Source: Lingula anatina
Lineage: Eukaryota; Animalia; Brachiopoda
Assembly (NCBI GenBank): GCA_051362555.1
Contig: CM120640.1
Span: 31,391,967 to 31,455,966, forward strand
Direction of reading: 5' to 3'
Length of the DNA stretch: 64,000 bases
Shown here: positions 1-12,732 of the stretch, in pieces
How positions within the stretch are numbered: the first letter of the stretch is position 1
Layout of the letters: each line of letters begins with the position of its first letter
Notes under the pieces: generated by a model
The model's input: only the letters and a program-made list of their open reading frames with translations
Databases searched by the model: none
What the model was told of the DNA's origin: nothing
Translations under genes and position numbers: made by a program

Positions 1-2309
1 TGGCCGCCAATTGCTTCCATCAAAAATGGGTTCCTTGTCCTTAATTTAGTCAGGTTTGGTAATCTAGAAATGTTTTTAGGCCAAAAATTGATGGAAATAT
101 GGAATATTGTTTATTTTGGTAACTAATTTGCATAATTTATGCTAATTTATCCATTGATAGAGAGTGTCTCTATAGATAAAAAAATTATTTTGGCCGAAGG
201 AACATTCATGCCAAGTTAGACATTTGCACTACGAAATGCAGCTTTTCGCCAATTTTTGGTCCTTAACAAGCCTACTTAACAAGGTATAAGTGAGAGCTGT
301 AGCATGTGGGATTTACAAACTGCACGTTGATGTTAGTAAGTTTGAGGAAAATAAGTCCATAATAATTATTGCATTAACAGCAAAGAGTGCACACCAACAG
401 GTGGTGGCTTTACGAACAGACATATTGTGTCTGTACATAAAAACAAATTATAGTTTCAACAAACCAATCAGTATAACACATTTCAAGAATGAGTTCACTA
501 ATGCATCAGAAGTACGTCTACACAAGTGATGAGCTTCTGATTACAGAGATCAGAAAGCAAGCCATTCCAAAGTAGTCTCCAAAATTATGTCAACATCAAA
601 AGCTATATCAAATACCATGGTTAAGCAATGAAAGGCATGACAAGTGCCTTGGATCAAAGTGTGAAAATGGATCAATATTCTGAGTAGGTATCAAGTATTC
701 TGAGTGAATACCGGTGTAGAATACAGGAAATGTGCCCAGGTTTTTTTTTGTTAAAGTTTTAACCAAAGGGCTGACATTTTATCTCATCTTGATGATGAAG
801 ACACTTAATATTATAAAACTATGGCCATTAGGCAAAGCTTCCTCAAGGGAGCTCTCTACTATAAAATGAATCAAGGTACATGTACAAGATAGTGTACCGG
901 ATGCTTTACTTTTATGTATCTTGCCCGCATGATTTGTAAGTATTTTCTAGTTTAGTTTCATAAGTCATATAGGTTTAAATAAGGTGAAAAAATGTTTTTC
1001 TGTTTTTACATGTAGGTAGATAACTAAAAAAGTGGATGGTGACATTAGCTCTTAGGTAATTTTATAAAAAAACTGTTGACAAATTGATTTTCTATTAAAA
1101 AAATACCAGCATCACTTTTAACAAAGGTGTCTTTTTAATACTAAAGGTTAATGAGCACTTAAATTATGTTTCAGTTCAAAGTTCAAACACACAAATTATT
1201 GTCAGAAAAGAAATATCACTTATTACATCAAGATTAAGCATGTTGCTTGTTTCAAGCCAAAGCATTAAATCTTAATGATCTCTTTCCAAAAGCAATCAAA
1301 CTTCACTGAACCTAAGAAATTGAATGCTGTGGCTTCTTACAGATGAACTTTGCATAAATAAAATAAAACCTTATTATTATTATTATTAAAATTGTAAACA
1401 ATAATTTTTTAAAATAATGTAAAAACAGAAGGAATAATCAAATCATGTCATTTTTAAAAGTTGATCCAACTTTCAGGCTTTTTGAGTTTAAAAATGTAAA
1501 TAAACAAATTTAAATAGGTGTAAAATTAAATTTGCACGTTACTGAAGGCATGCCATTCCAGAAACACTTTTATAGTTGTACTTCTGAATAAATCATAGCT
1601 TTAGATACTGACCATTCCCAAGCTAGTCTACAAAAATAAAATAAAAGTACGAAACCCGTTTTATGAAAATATCTTATTTAAACATACATTAAAAAAACAT
1701 AGCAATAGTTGAACTGGAAGATCTTTTTCATATCATGTGCCCACTTTACTGTGAGCCATCCTATTTTCATGGGCCTTTAATTTTGGCCAGTTTCGACAAT
1801 TGGTGCAAAGTTACCATCTAGGATTTGTTCTCATTAGAGCATTATTTGTTTTCATTAACATACTACATCACGAATATCTTAGAGACCAAACAAGTTATCA
1901 GTATGTTTCTTTCATATGATGAAAATGTTTACCCACTGGATTAATAACAAAATCATATTAATTTTGCTTTAGATATCAATTTTTTCAGAGCAGCCAATTT
2001 GTGTAAAGATAAAAAGCACAGAAAAAACATAACAAACCTTTTGACATAGAGTGGCAACTTTGAAAGACTAGCTGTTCACTTTGCAAGGTCATTCAATTAA
2101 GTATTTTATATCACCAAAAAGCTTGTAAGAAGCAAAGTAAAGGTTTCAAAGCAAACTCTCTGGCCATAAAATCAAACCGATGCTGAGATAACATGACCGA
2201 CATGCTCTCTCATACCATATGAACAGATAATAACTCTGCGATACACTCAGCAATACTTATCTAGATAATGCACTGTATATCTATCAAATGCTAAATATTA
2301 TTAACTTAC

Positions 2310-4122
2310 CGAGACTAGACAGGCATATATCTGCAACACTTTCATTGAACGCTACTCCTGTCAAGTCTATTTCTTTTCCAACAAGGGATGGGATTTTATT
2401 CAGGTGGTCTTTGTCTCCAAATGGAAGCTGAAAGATGTGAAAAATTAGTTCCACATAAATATATAAATATCCTTTTTACTAATTGCATATAATATCTACA
2501 TGCTTGTCTATCTATAATATAAACATCAGTATCTAAAACATGCAAGAGCTGACAGTGCTAAATAAAGCAATTGTTATATGATACTAGTATATAACTAAAT
2601 TATAATTTACATGGTATATAAATTCAGAAATGAAACAATCTCAAAACTCTCCAGGCAAATCAACCACATAATTGATACTCTTATTATTTCAGCTTCTCAC
2701 TTAAAGTTGACAAATAAATTCATAGAAACAAACAGAAAGGACATTTCCTGCATTTCTTGTATATTAATAGTAAAACAAAAATATGGTTTGACAGTTATCA
2801 CGTTAACTTTATAAATGTCTCAGACGGTAATAGCGATACTGAAGGAAACGAACAAAACAAGTATTAAAATCAGAATATATACAGTGTTCGTACATAAAAA
2901 CTTGTGATGTGATAATGTGGCTTCTATCAAGACAAAATACTCAGTATCTCATGACTTACCCCAAGGGCCCCAGATTTGATTGAATTCCTATAAAACTGAT
3001 CAGAAAGATCAAGACCTACTACTTCAACTGGTAAAGGGAAATTGGCAAAGACTGTCATGTAAATTTGCTGTTCTCCCTGCAAAAAGGAAATTAAACATCA
3101 CTCACTTGAAAATTTTCAGACTAAACAGATATATCAACTGTTTGTCTTTTTTTTCACATGCATACAATGATCAATAAATCTGCAAATACTTCAACAATTT
3201 AGATGACTCAGAGGAACTTCAGTGGTGTCATTTAACCCTTAAGGTGTTGAATAATTGTATACTAGCAAATCACATCCCGTACACTTGTTATCAAAAACTT
3301 GCAAATCAAACTAAAATTTGCAGCACAGAAAAGAAAAAAATTTAATTTAATGACTTTTGTAGCCAGCCTCCCTATAAGTGCTTAATATAAAGACCATAGA
3401 CAGTCTAAAAGCACAATGCTAAAATTAAGTGTTTTGTTGTGTATTAGATGATGGCTTTCCCCAGGGCACTGCAGCCTCTGTCTAGACAATTAACTTAAAA
3501 GCAGACACAGGAACAGCCCATACCATTATGCGCATGTTGAACAAGGTGTGTCTGAATTTACAAAGGTTGATTTCTGGACAGTCATCAACTGGATCTCCAA
3601 ATCCAGGCTAACTTATGTTAAGTATAGAGAATAAAAGAACAATATTGTGGAATATTGGGAACTTTCTGAATATAGCTCATTTTGTAATGAAAAAAGAGAA
3701 CGACAGCAGTATACAAATTAGCAGAAGACATTTTAAGACATTTTTTCTGAAAGACCTAAGTTAAGGTTAAAGCTATTTAGGTTTTTGGACCATATTTTTA
3801 TTTGAAATCTTGCACCATTGTGTTAGTACAAGAACTAATTTTACTAGACAGCAAAGCTGGCAAATATAGACAACTTACAGATTCGACTAAGTTATTCGTA
3901 TCATTTCATTTTAACATAAACAGACATATTGCAGTAAACAATATTTTTTTAATTTAAGATAATCTGATCATTCTGATTACTAAAAGGAACCCTTCCCTTT
4001 TACCAGACAAAACCAAACATTAAATTTAAAGTAAGACAAAAATGTGGTTTAGCAACTTAAGGCTAAAAACCAGATATGTCAGAGGGCAAACGAGACAGCC
4101 ATGACATAGAGGCACAGTGATC

Positions 4123-4176
<54 letters not shown>

Positions 4177-7100
4177 GTCTGTATATAAAAACAATGTATT
4201 ATGTGACAAGAGCAGTATTTAGACAAGTTAACATAAACAGTTCGAGAAAAAAAAAAACATTGAGAATGCGCCATGTTAAAAGACACCGTATCCTTATCAC
4301 CTCCAGATAATCTATCCTCCCCAGACCAGTCAGCCACAGGCTGTATCTCGGCTTCACAACAAAGGTGCGAGGGATTATCATATTCTTGGGCAACAGCTCC
4401 AACAGTTCTGCAGGTGATAATAAGTTGATGATCTGCAAGTGGAATACATTTAAAATTTATTGTGATATTAAATACCTGAAGTAAATAACAACAAGAACAT
4501 CATCAGTATTATTAAAATAATTTATATACAATGTACTTGCAATAAACAAAACTAATGCAACAATTTATTCATACTTTTAATCAGCTCTCACAGAAAAAAT
4601 GTTCATTTCACACTGCTATAATATCAAAGTATATCTGAAATTCTCAATTGTTTATTATCATAGAGCAAAATAGGTACGTCTTTGATAAGTATTCTACTGA
4701 GAACTGCTAAATAAAATGAAGGGTCATTCCAAATCATTTTTGGAAAGGATACCAAAATGATTATTTAAAGTTCAAAACACAAATAAGAAAGATATAATCA
4801 CTGTATATTAAGTATAATTTTGATGACAATCTTTTAAGTAAGTCACTGGATATTTGCCTGCATAAATTTCGCAAGCGTAAAATTAAAATCACTCTCATAC
4901 CAGCCACCCCCTCACATGTCACTAAGTTACTCCATAACAGTTATTTCTCACTCAATCATTTATTTTATATAAATGTTTTTAAATAAACTGGATATTTCCA
5001 ACTGCTTTTCATTTTGTTCATCGCCAGTCATTTCTATTGGCATACAACATGTGTTACTTCAGTCACATACCTGGTTTGGGTTGACAAGTCCTGGTGTGTC
5101 AATGCACCATCTACTATTCTGGTAGTGATTTTCATCAAAATATTTAGGTGCCTTCTTTTCTTCTAGAGACTGGGAATGTAAAGAAACAGGGTTATCGTGA
5201 AATATATTGATGGCAACCACTCAAGAGGAAGCTTTCTTATGTGCAACCATAAACTTGTAGTGCATCAGAGTTAGATTCAACTTCACAATGACCTTATCTT
5301 ATTTTTTTTAAACGCAAATAAATCAATACTGCAGAGCATTTTTTCTTAAGTTTTAAAGCCTATCAACTTTATCAACTAAATTCACATCATAAAAAAAGTT
5401 AAAAATATTGTTAATTCTATATACCTTTCTGCCACTTTGTGTTTCTTCAAGGCCTGATTTCTTACTAAACACATACTGTGGACAATCGAATGGCTCGATT
5501 TCTTGGTCATCTTCAACAGGCTTTTCAGTAGTGAAGGTTTGACCAATGAAACCTGGCGAGTAAAAGTACAATATACCATGATATATTGAATATATCTCTT
5601 CTGGAATGAAGAGGAGTAACACACTGAAATAGGTTATGAAATCAACAGATTCAAATCAAAACTGTTACAAATCTGTTAAAATGATTAGTCTTTTCCCCTA
5701 TTTCTATGGAGCCAGAGATAATCCTAATCTTTATTCTCATGTCTCAATCTCAATTACCTTCACTTTTACTAGTTTTAACAGTTTCCTCACAACTTCGCAG
5801 TTTTTCTACTCTACCTACCTTCCTACATTCTATTGCATATAGTTTTTGCTTGCAAAATATATTTGATTTTTTTATAGCTGTTTATCATCCAAATGTATTC
5901 AACAATCACTAAATAATTAAGGGATTACTATATGGAGTTCATGGAGTTTAGGGTTCAAATGTAATTGAAAGTAAGATGGTAAGATGGATGGTACGTAGAG
6001 ACCAGAAATGTGTAAGTATAAGCAGAAACAAAATATTTTGGTATTTGTTGTGTGGAATATCAATAGGTTGTACAGGAATTTGTTAGATGTGACAGTGTGG
6101 AACATTGGTAGTGCCCATAAGCCTCTGCACTAGTTAGGCAGACCTGTCTTTTCTTTTCAAAAATATTACCTGTTAAAGTAAGGCTTTTCCGTTTTCCATA
6201 CTTTTTCCACATTTCTTTCCTCAGTTCCTCTTCTTCCTTTAGCCTTTCCTCCTGTCTCCTGATTCTTTCACTTCTCAATTGCAGTCTCCATGGTGTGATT
6301 CGTGCCATGGGGAACTTTAGAGTACCTATTGTTGTGCCTAAAAAAACATATACCACCACTGCAAAGTTGAATAAAAAGTAATGGAAATACAGTGTGAATT
6401 CAATTGAATTTGAAACTCTGGTTGGATATGGTGCACAATCAGCTTGCTAACAGTTTACCTGGTTACATACAGTTATCATATGCAAGGTCTAGGATTGTGC
6501 TTCTTTGGTCTTAAAGACCAAAGTCACATTTAAAGTCAGACCTGGCAGTGTCAGTTTACCTGGCCATTTGGAAGTGGTTGCCCTGTGAATCAGATTCCTT
6601 GCCTTGGTTTGGCACATGTCTGATGACAACAGACTGTTAAACAATGTAGATTTGCCAACATTGGTACACCCTACCAGGTACACATTACCTGTAAGATTAA
6701 ACTTCTGATTAGAAAAGGGCAGGAAATGACACAAACATGGGTGAAAGTTGTAAATAATGAAAACATAAAGCTTGCCATCACTCATCACATTTAGATCATA
6801 TGAAAAAAAAACAACAAAAAACAAGTAAAATGAAGACTGCAAATCCTAAATTCAGGTATAATCCTGAAAATTTTACCCATGCACAATTCCAATATAGAGA
6901 CTATTTCCCATGATTGATCTACTTGTTAGTCTGAAATACAATTATACTAATCAACTGCTTTCAAATACTGTTTTTCAGTCTGGGTTTAATGGGATGGAGG
7001 AGTGGGATTGATTGTTAATTTTTGTCTCCTCTGCCTATATTGATTTTGTATAGCTTCCTGCTGGCAAAATTTCTGGAAAAATAATGACAAACCCAAAAAC

Positions 7101-9948
7101 ATATTTAGTGCAATTTGACTTTGATATCTTTTGACATTCAAACAACATCTGTATTATATTACTTATCAAAGAGCAAACTGCTCACTATCCTGAAGGTAAA
7201 ACCTAAAACATTTTACCTTTTTTATGAAAATGTGCAAACGTGCTTGCCCTACATTGATACCTCTTTTCGTGCTTTTTTTTTTTACTTTTTGGGAAAGTAT
7301 ACCCAATCTTCCCCAGATCAGCCACCCTCCTCTCCTCCCTGGCCTGGGTTACTGATGACAACAGACAGAAAAAAAACAAACAAAAAAAAACATGCCCTAG
7401 TGAAATGATATGAGATTTTGTATTCTTACCATCAGTTCCCCATTTGTTCATGATCAAGCTGACCAATCCTTCCACACCATAACCTGTCTTTGCACTTATC
7501 AGCCTTGTATGAAGAATGGTTCCCTCACTAAGTCCAGCTTTTCTAATATGGCGCTTAAATGATGCCTCAATTCTCTCGAACCACCCAAAATAGTCCCGTG
7601 GCAATAAGTCAACTTTATTGCCCAGTATAATCAACTCATGTTGATTGCCAATGTGATCCCATAAATTATCAATAAAGCTATTGGAGAGGTCTAATAAATC
7701 TACCAATAATATCACCAGAGATGTTTTCTGAGTTTTGAGTTCTGAGATGATCTGTGGATATTCTTTGGGGGAAACTTGGACATTCAAAGCTAAATTAAAG
7801 TGTGTCATCATATGACAGCGCTGACAGTGGGCAGCTTTCCTTTCTTCTGGTTTCAACTGTTTATATCTCTGACTGGGCATGTAGCCTGGAACCCCAGGGT
7901 CCTGACAGTGCAGAAGTGCACCACACCCTGTGCAAGGCACATCACTGATGGGTTCTTCTGGATCTGGTCCTCCATATAATTTGCTTTTGTTTGATCTTTT
8001 AGGGTAAACTGAGTCATCAATCTGTATTGATTCTGTATAATCTTCTTCTTGCATTATTTCTGGAGCTTGTTCCAACTCTCTAATCTCTTTTTTAAGTTCT
8101 CTCAGCTCTTCTCGCTGGTATTCTAATTTGATTTTTTTTACTTCAGGATCTATCTGTTGTTCATTATCATCCTGAAAAGACAAAATGTTATTAAAACTTT
8201 GATTCTGCTACACTTTAGTCACAAGTTGAAAGGCATGAAATATGCGCATCAACCATTGATAAAATACTCCACTGAAACTCCACTTGGACTGCATTTTGAT
8301 ACTTTTCCATTACTAGTAATGTCCAATGTGCATTTAACCATTTCATTTCTTTTAAAATATAAAACAGTATAGCCTAATGCATTTTCCAGTTTAATTATTT
8401 ATTTATTATTTGGCCCAAACTAAAATTCACTACCAATTATGGACCAAAATAAATAAGTCTTGAATTTTAATTGCAAATTTTTTTGACAGTCAAATGATTC
8501 ACTTCATTTTTAACACAGCATGCTGAATTCATATGCCAATGTAATTGAGCATTAAGCTAATTTACTCTGATGAAAAGGTGCACTACAATAGTGCAAACAC
8601 TACAGAATCTTGTACAATCTAAAATAAGTAAAAATGTCAAAAAGAAAAAGGCTTCCTTGTTTCAGTCATACACTTATGGGGCAATGTTGCCAAAATGACT
8701 TTTGAAAAATTATTCAAACTGATTTTTGACTAGAACTTGCATTTTTTCCAAACCAAAGACACTCCGTAGTTTCAAGAAAAACAAAAGTATGCTTTGACAG
8801 TAACAGGTATTGGATATTGGTACCATAATGATGGCCACAGTAAAGACATTTCTAAAACTTTGGTTCCTCTAAATCTATACATCTGTAGATTGGGTGCATA
8901 CATACATCTGTGATACCCTTCTCTCCTTTAAGACCTTTGAATTTTCCATCCTCCAATATAACATCTGGCAAATAACTTGCATAGGATTCTTGGGATTTCT
9001 CTAATTTCATTCTTGCTATCAGGGGCAATGTCTCAACAGGATCTGACATTTGTAATGGTGGATTCCGCTTCATCTTTTTCTCATTCTCCGCTTCTATAAT
9101 CTTTTTTACCCAAATTCTTGGCTTCATTTTTATTCTGGGGTTTTTGGTTGCATTTCTCTTAGAACCATGTGAATATGGAATAGCTGTGCTGAGAAAGTGA
9201 AAGTCTGCAGACCATAGAGCCTGAAATATACACAAAATAGCATGTATACATTGAACTAAAAAAAGTTATCAAAATAGGCATGCCTGCCAAAATAGGTTTA
9301 TCTGGTGATAAACGAGAATTAAAAACTGTAAATTTGGGTTTGTTGGACAAAGTTTCATTTCAGAATATCTTTAAACAATATAAACGAGCATTATTGTGAT
9401 TAGATAGTAAAAATCAAGGGGTTGGCACGGGAATGATTGAGAAATTACATTCTTCAAATACCCAGATATGCATAAAACTGATGCCAAACCAATGAATGCA
9501 ACTGCTAAAGGCATGTCACCTGTTCCAAGCAGCTAACGCCTTATTAATTGATCTATTAATATATTTACAGCGTTACAAAAATATTCCCTGACACCCTCCC
9601 TCTAACATTTCTCGAAGTCCCAACTTAGATAAACTGGCAAAATCTTCAATTAACGGCACTAGACTTGACATTCTTCAGAATTTTCTTGGTTACTGATACT
9701 TCTTTCAAAATTTAACTTGAAACCTTGCTGTACCAGCGACAACTGAAGTAAGATCTCAAACTTTCACGGTTTCATCTTTCAGTCACCTCAAGTGCTAGGC
9801 AAGAAAAACGAGCCACCGACTACACTACAGCATAACTAATCAACTACCGTACGCAGCAAGAGTGTGTTTGGGCTTCTTTCTTTGAAATATAAAGGATTTT
9901 ACTTACACCAGAGGAGGAAGTACAGGATCGATTAAAAATTCTTTGCAT
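2310..9948 (-). CDS. NOA1: Nitric oxide-associated protein 1 (mitochondrial circularly permuted GTPase), 10 exons resolved, final 3' exon(s) not located
   Basis: Phase-consistent GT-AG exons: 9948-9907, 9220-8906, 8171-7430, 6688-6560, 6337-6170, 5552-5425, 5169-5071, 4432-4301, 3076-2960, 2427-2310. Protein has the Zn finger CTGCG...CQRC, then G4 NKVD, G5 SAK, G1 GCTNVGKST, G2 PGTT and G3 DTPG, in the circularly permuted YqeH/NOA1 order. Confidence 0.93.
4126..4174. repeat. (CA)n microsatellite in NOA1 intron
   Basis: Uninterrupted AC/CA dinucleotide run of about 48 bp. Confidence 0.95.
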
Positions 9949-10084
9949 TTTCAGTTATTAGCAAAAATTGTTACTACACCGACAACACGTTGTCGCTTTC
10001 TTTGTTTCCGGAAGTGGTGACCTATATAGAGGAATGTTGGGAGAGAAAGAAACGGGGTTACACACTCAGTAAACGTTGTACACG
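9949..10084. promoter_or_regulatory. Compact bidirectional promoter NOA1/SLU7 with ETS/GABP motif and probable SLU7 non-coding first exon
   Basis: NOA1 ATG at 9948 (-). CCGGAAGTG at 10008-10016. Strong + strand donor G|GTAAGT at 10084/10085, with a matching acceptor at 11333 just upstream of the SLU7 ATG. Locally CpG-rich. Confidence 0.65.
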
Positions 10085-11367
10085 GTAAGTCCGAAGAAAT
10101 ATCCTTTTTCGCTGTTTTGATTATTAAATAAAGTGGTTTATTTTGTATTTTGAGAAATATTGCTCCCCATGTGAAGTTATAATATAATTATAACTTATAA
10201 CGTGGTGCATGCCTAGTCCTTTATGTCGTAGATCTACTCGTACGGTCCAAACATTTTGTATATATCAGTCATTATTTATGTACTGGTGGTATGTGTTTTG
10301 GTAAACATATCTGAGAAAGAAAGTTGTTTGGATTTTTTTAGCAATTTCATTCAGATCAAAAGTTATTCATTTGATGGCTGTCGATCTACTTTATTCTTAG
10401 TCCATTTAAATTATGAAAATGGGTCCATCATTACACTTCTGTCTTGAACAAATTGGTGAATTATTGCAATCACTTAATGTATTGAGCAAAATTTCAAAGG
10501 GCTGCCAGATTTATTTATCATGATTTCATATATTTTAATCCTGGTTTTGCGATCAGGAAGTTCAGCAGTTTACAACTACAGGAGCGAAGGGAGGAGCTGT
10601 ATTTAACTTTCTTTTTTTATTTGCCTTTCCATTCTAAGTGTTGGAGGGTTTGGTTTTATCATTCCAATTTATGGATTTTGATATGTACATGCTATTTGTG
10701 CAAACGCACGAAAGACATAGGTGTACATAACTATTAAATGCTAGCCTGCTAAGTTGTTGACTGTGTTGATTGTACACAAATTATATGCTGCTTGGAAAGC
10801 CACCAGTCTTGCCAAGAACCTTCATGCTAGGTTGGTACCAGCTATACTTTTTGACTCTTACCCTACTCCAATAACAATCAAACAGCATATTTATGCAAAT
10901 GTATTTAGTCATGGTGAATCTAAAAGCACTGAGAGCCCTTCAGCTTTATTGTAGTAGTAGATGATTTACCTTTCAGCCAGCCAAGGCACATGTATACATA
11001 TGGATATATTCATCGAATTCTTTGTTTGCATTATCAAAGCCTGAGACCAGCTAGATGAACTTATTATGTGCATGATTTCTGTGGAGGGTTCTTGTATTGG
11101 CTCAGACTATATGTCAGAACTTGATGAAATCTGCCATTCACACAAAAACAGAAACCACATGCAGTTTGAATGTACAAGAATTAAGAAATAAGATGAGAAT
11201 GTAGCTTCCATACAATAAGCATTAAAGAACAGGTGGTGTGGAATAGTTCCCAAAGTGCCAAGTTTTGTACAAAAATGAAATTTCTCTTTTGACAAATGGA
11301 TGAATTGAAAAATATTATTTTTACTTTTTTTAGATATTTGGTGGCAGTTGGAACAAACATCTGAACA

Positions 11368-12701
11368 ATGTCATTCCAACTTAACATTCCTCCCTCTGTG
11401 GTCAGCAAACTGGCCAAGTCAGAGGATGGAGACAATGAACCCCAGAAGAAAGGACGAGAAGATTACAAGAAGATGAAGGAATTAGAAGAGGCAAGAAAGG
11501 CTGGTACTGTGCCTGCTATGCAGGATGAGGAAGGAAAGTAGGTGTCATTGGGGTAAATTGTTTTGAAAATAATTAGAAAGTGGAAAGGATTTTATATTTG
11601 TATTTTTTACTTGTAATTTTACCCATATGCCATTGAGATTATTGTTATTTTAGAAGCATAGTTTTGAAATGATAAAGCTTAAAAAAAGTGCATTTTGTAC
11701 TAGATATAAACTATACTATTCTATAGAAATTTGTTTTGACCAAACTGCTGAAATATGTGGGTTAAAGCAGTGTGAACTTGACAAATTAGAAAAATAAAAT
11801 TCCTTCGTCTTTTTGTTCATGAAATGTGAATTATGTGGAGTTGCTATTAAGTATTATTTTACCTCAAACTGAAGAAGCCTGTGTTCCTGTTTTCAGAGAT
11901 ATCAATCCTCACATTCCCCAGTACATCATGCAGGCTCCCTGGTACTTTGGCTCTACAGTCCCCACACTGAGACATCAGAGGCCTCAGGCAGAGAAAGAGA
12001 GGAAGTTTGCAGCTATGGATCAGTGGTACAAAAAGGGAGTGAAAGAGGTATAGTACCATACTATTATCTCCTTTTACGCTGTCGTGCGTCTAGGGCATCA
12101 ACTAAGATCTTCCACTGCTCTCTGTCAGGAGCTAGGTGTTGGATGGTTCTGCAGGTTTCTCCCAAGTGTTTCGACTTTACTTCCACAGTCCTTCTCCATG
12201 TGGTCTTAGGTCTGCCTCTTTTTCTGTGTACTGAAAGAGGTATAAGGGATTTGGATATACAAAATATGTAAAATAAATTTTACGATACAGCATTGTTAGT
12301 ATTTATAAGTATTAAATTTTGTATCTGTCACTCCTTGGTTAATCAACATTTTTTATGTGAATACATTTTATTTTTTAGTACATAAAGGTATTTCTTAATT
12401 GCTCTGATGTGAGCATCCTGTGTATTGATATTTGAACTAATTACTTTTTTGCACACTTTTCATTTTGTTTTTTCTCTTTGTAGGGTCCTGTTGCTACAAA
12501 GTTCAGAAAAGGAGCTTGTGAGAATTGTGGTGCCATGACACACAAGAAGAAGGATTGCTTAGAGGTTTGCCATTGCTATTCTAATTACATTCTTGATCCA
12601 ACACTGGAAATAAGATATATAAGGCAGTGGTAAATGTCATGCTTAAGAGGACAACAGGATTGTGCCTTTAAAAATAAATACTATGTTCTACATTGAAGCC
12701 C

Positions 12702-12732
<31 letters not shown>

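Noticed and set aside
4026-4337. ORF with a CVCVCV run
   Set aside because: Translation of the (TG)n microsatellite in a NOA1 intron.
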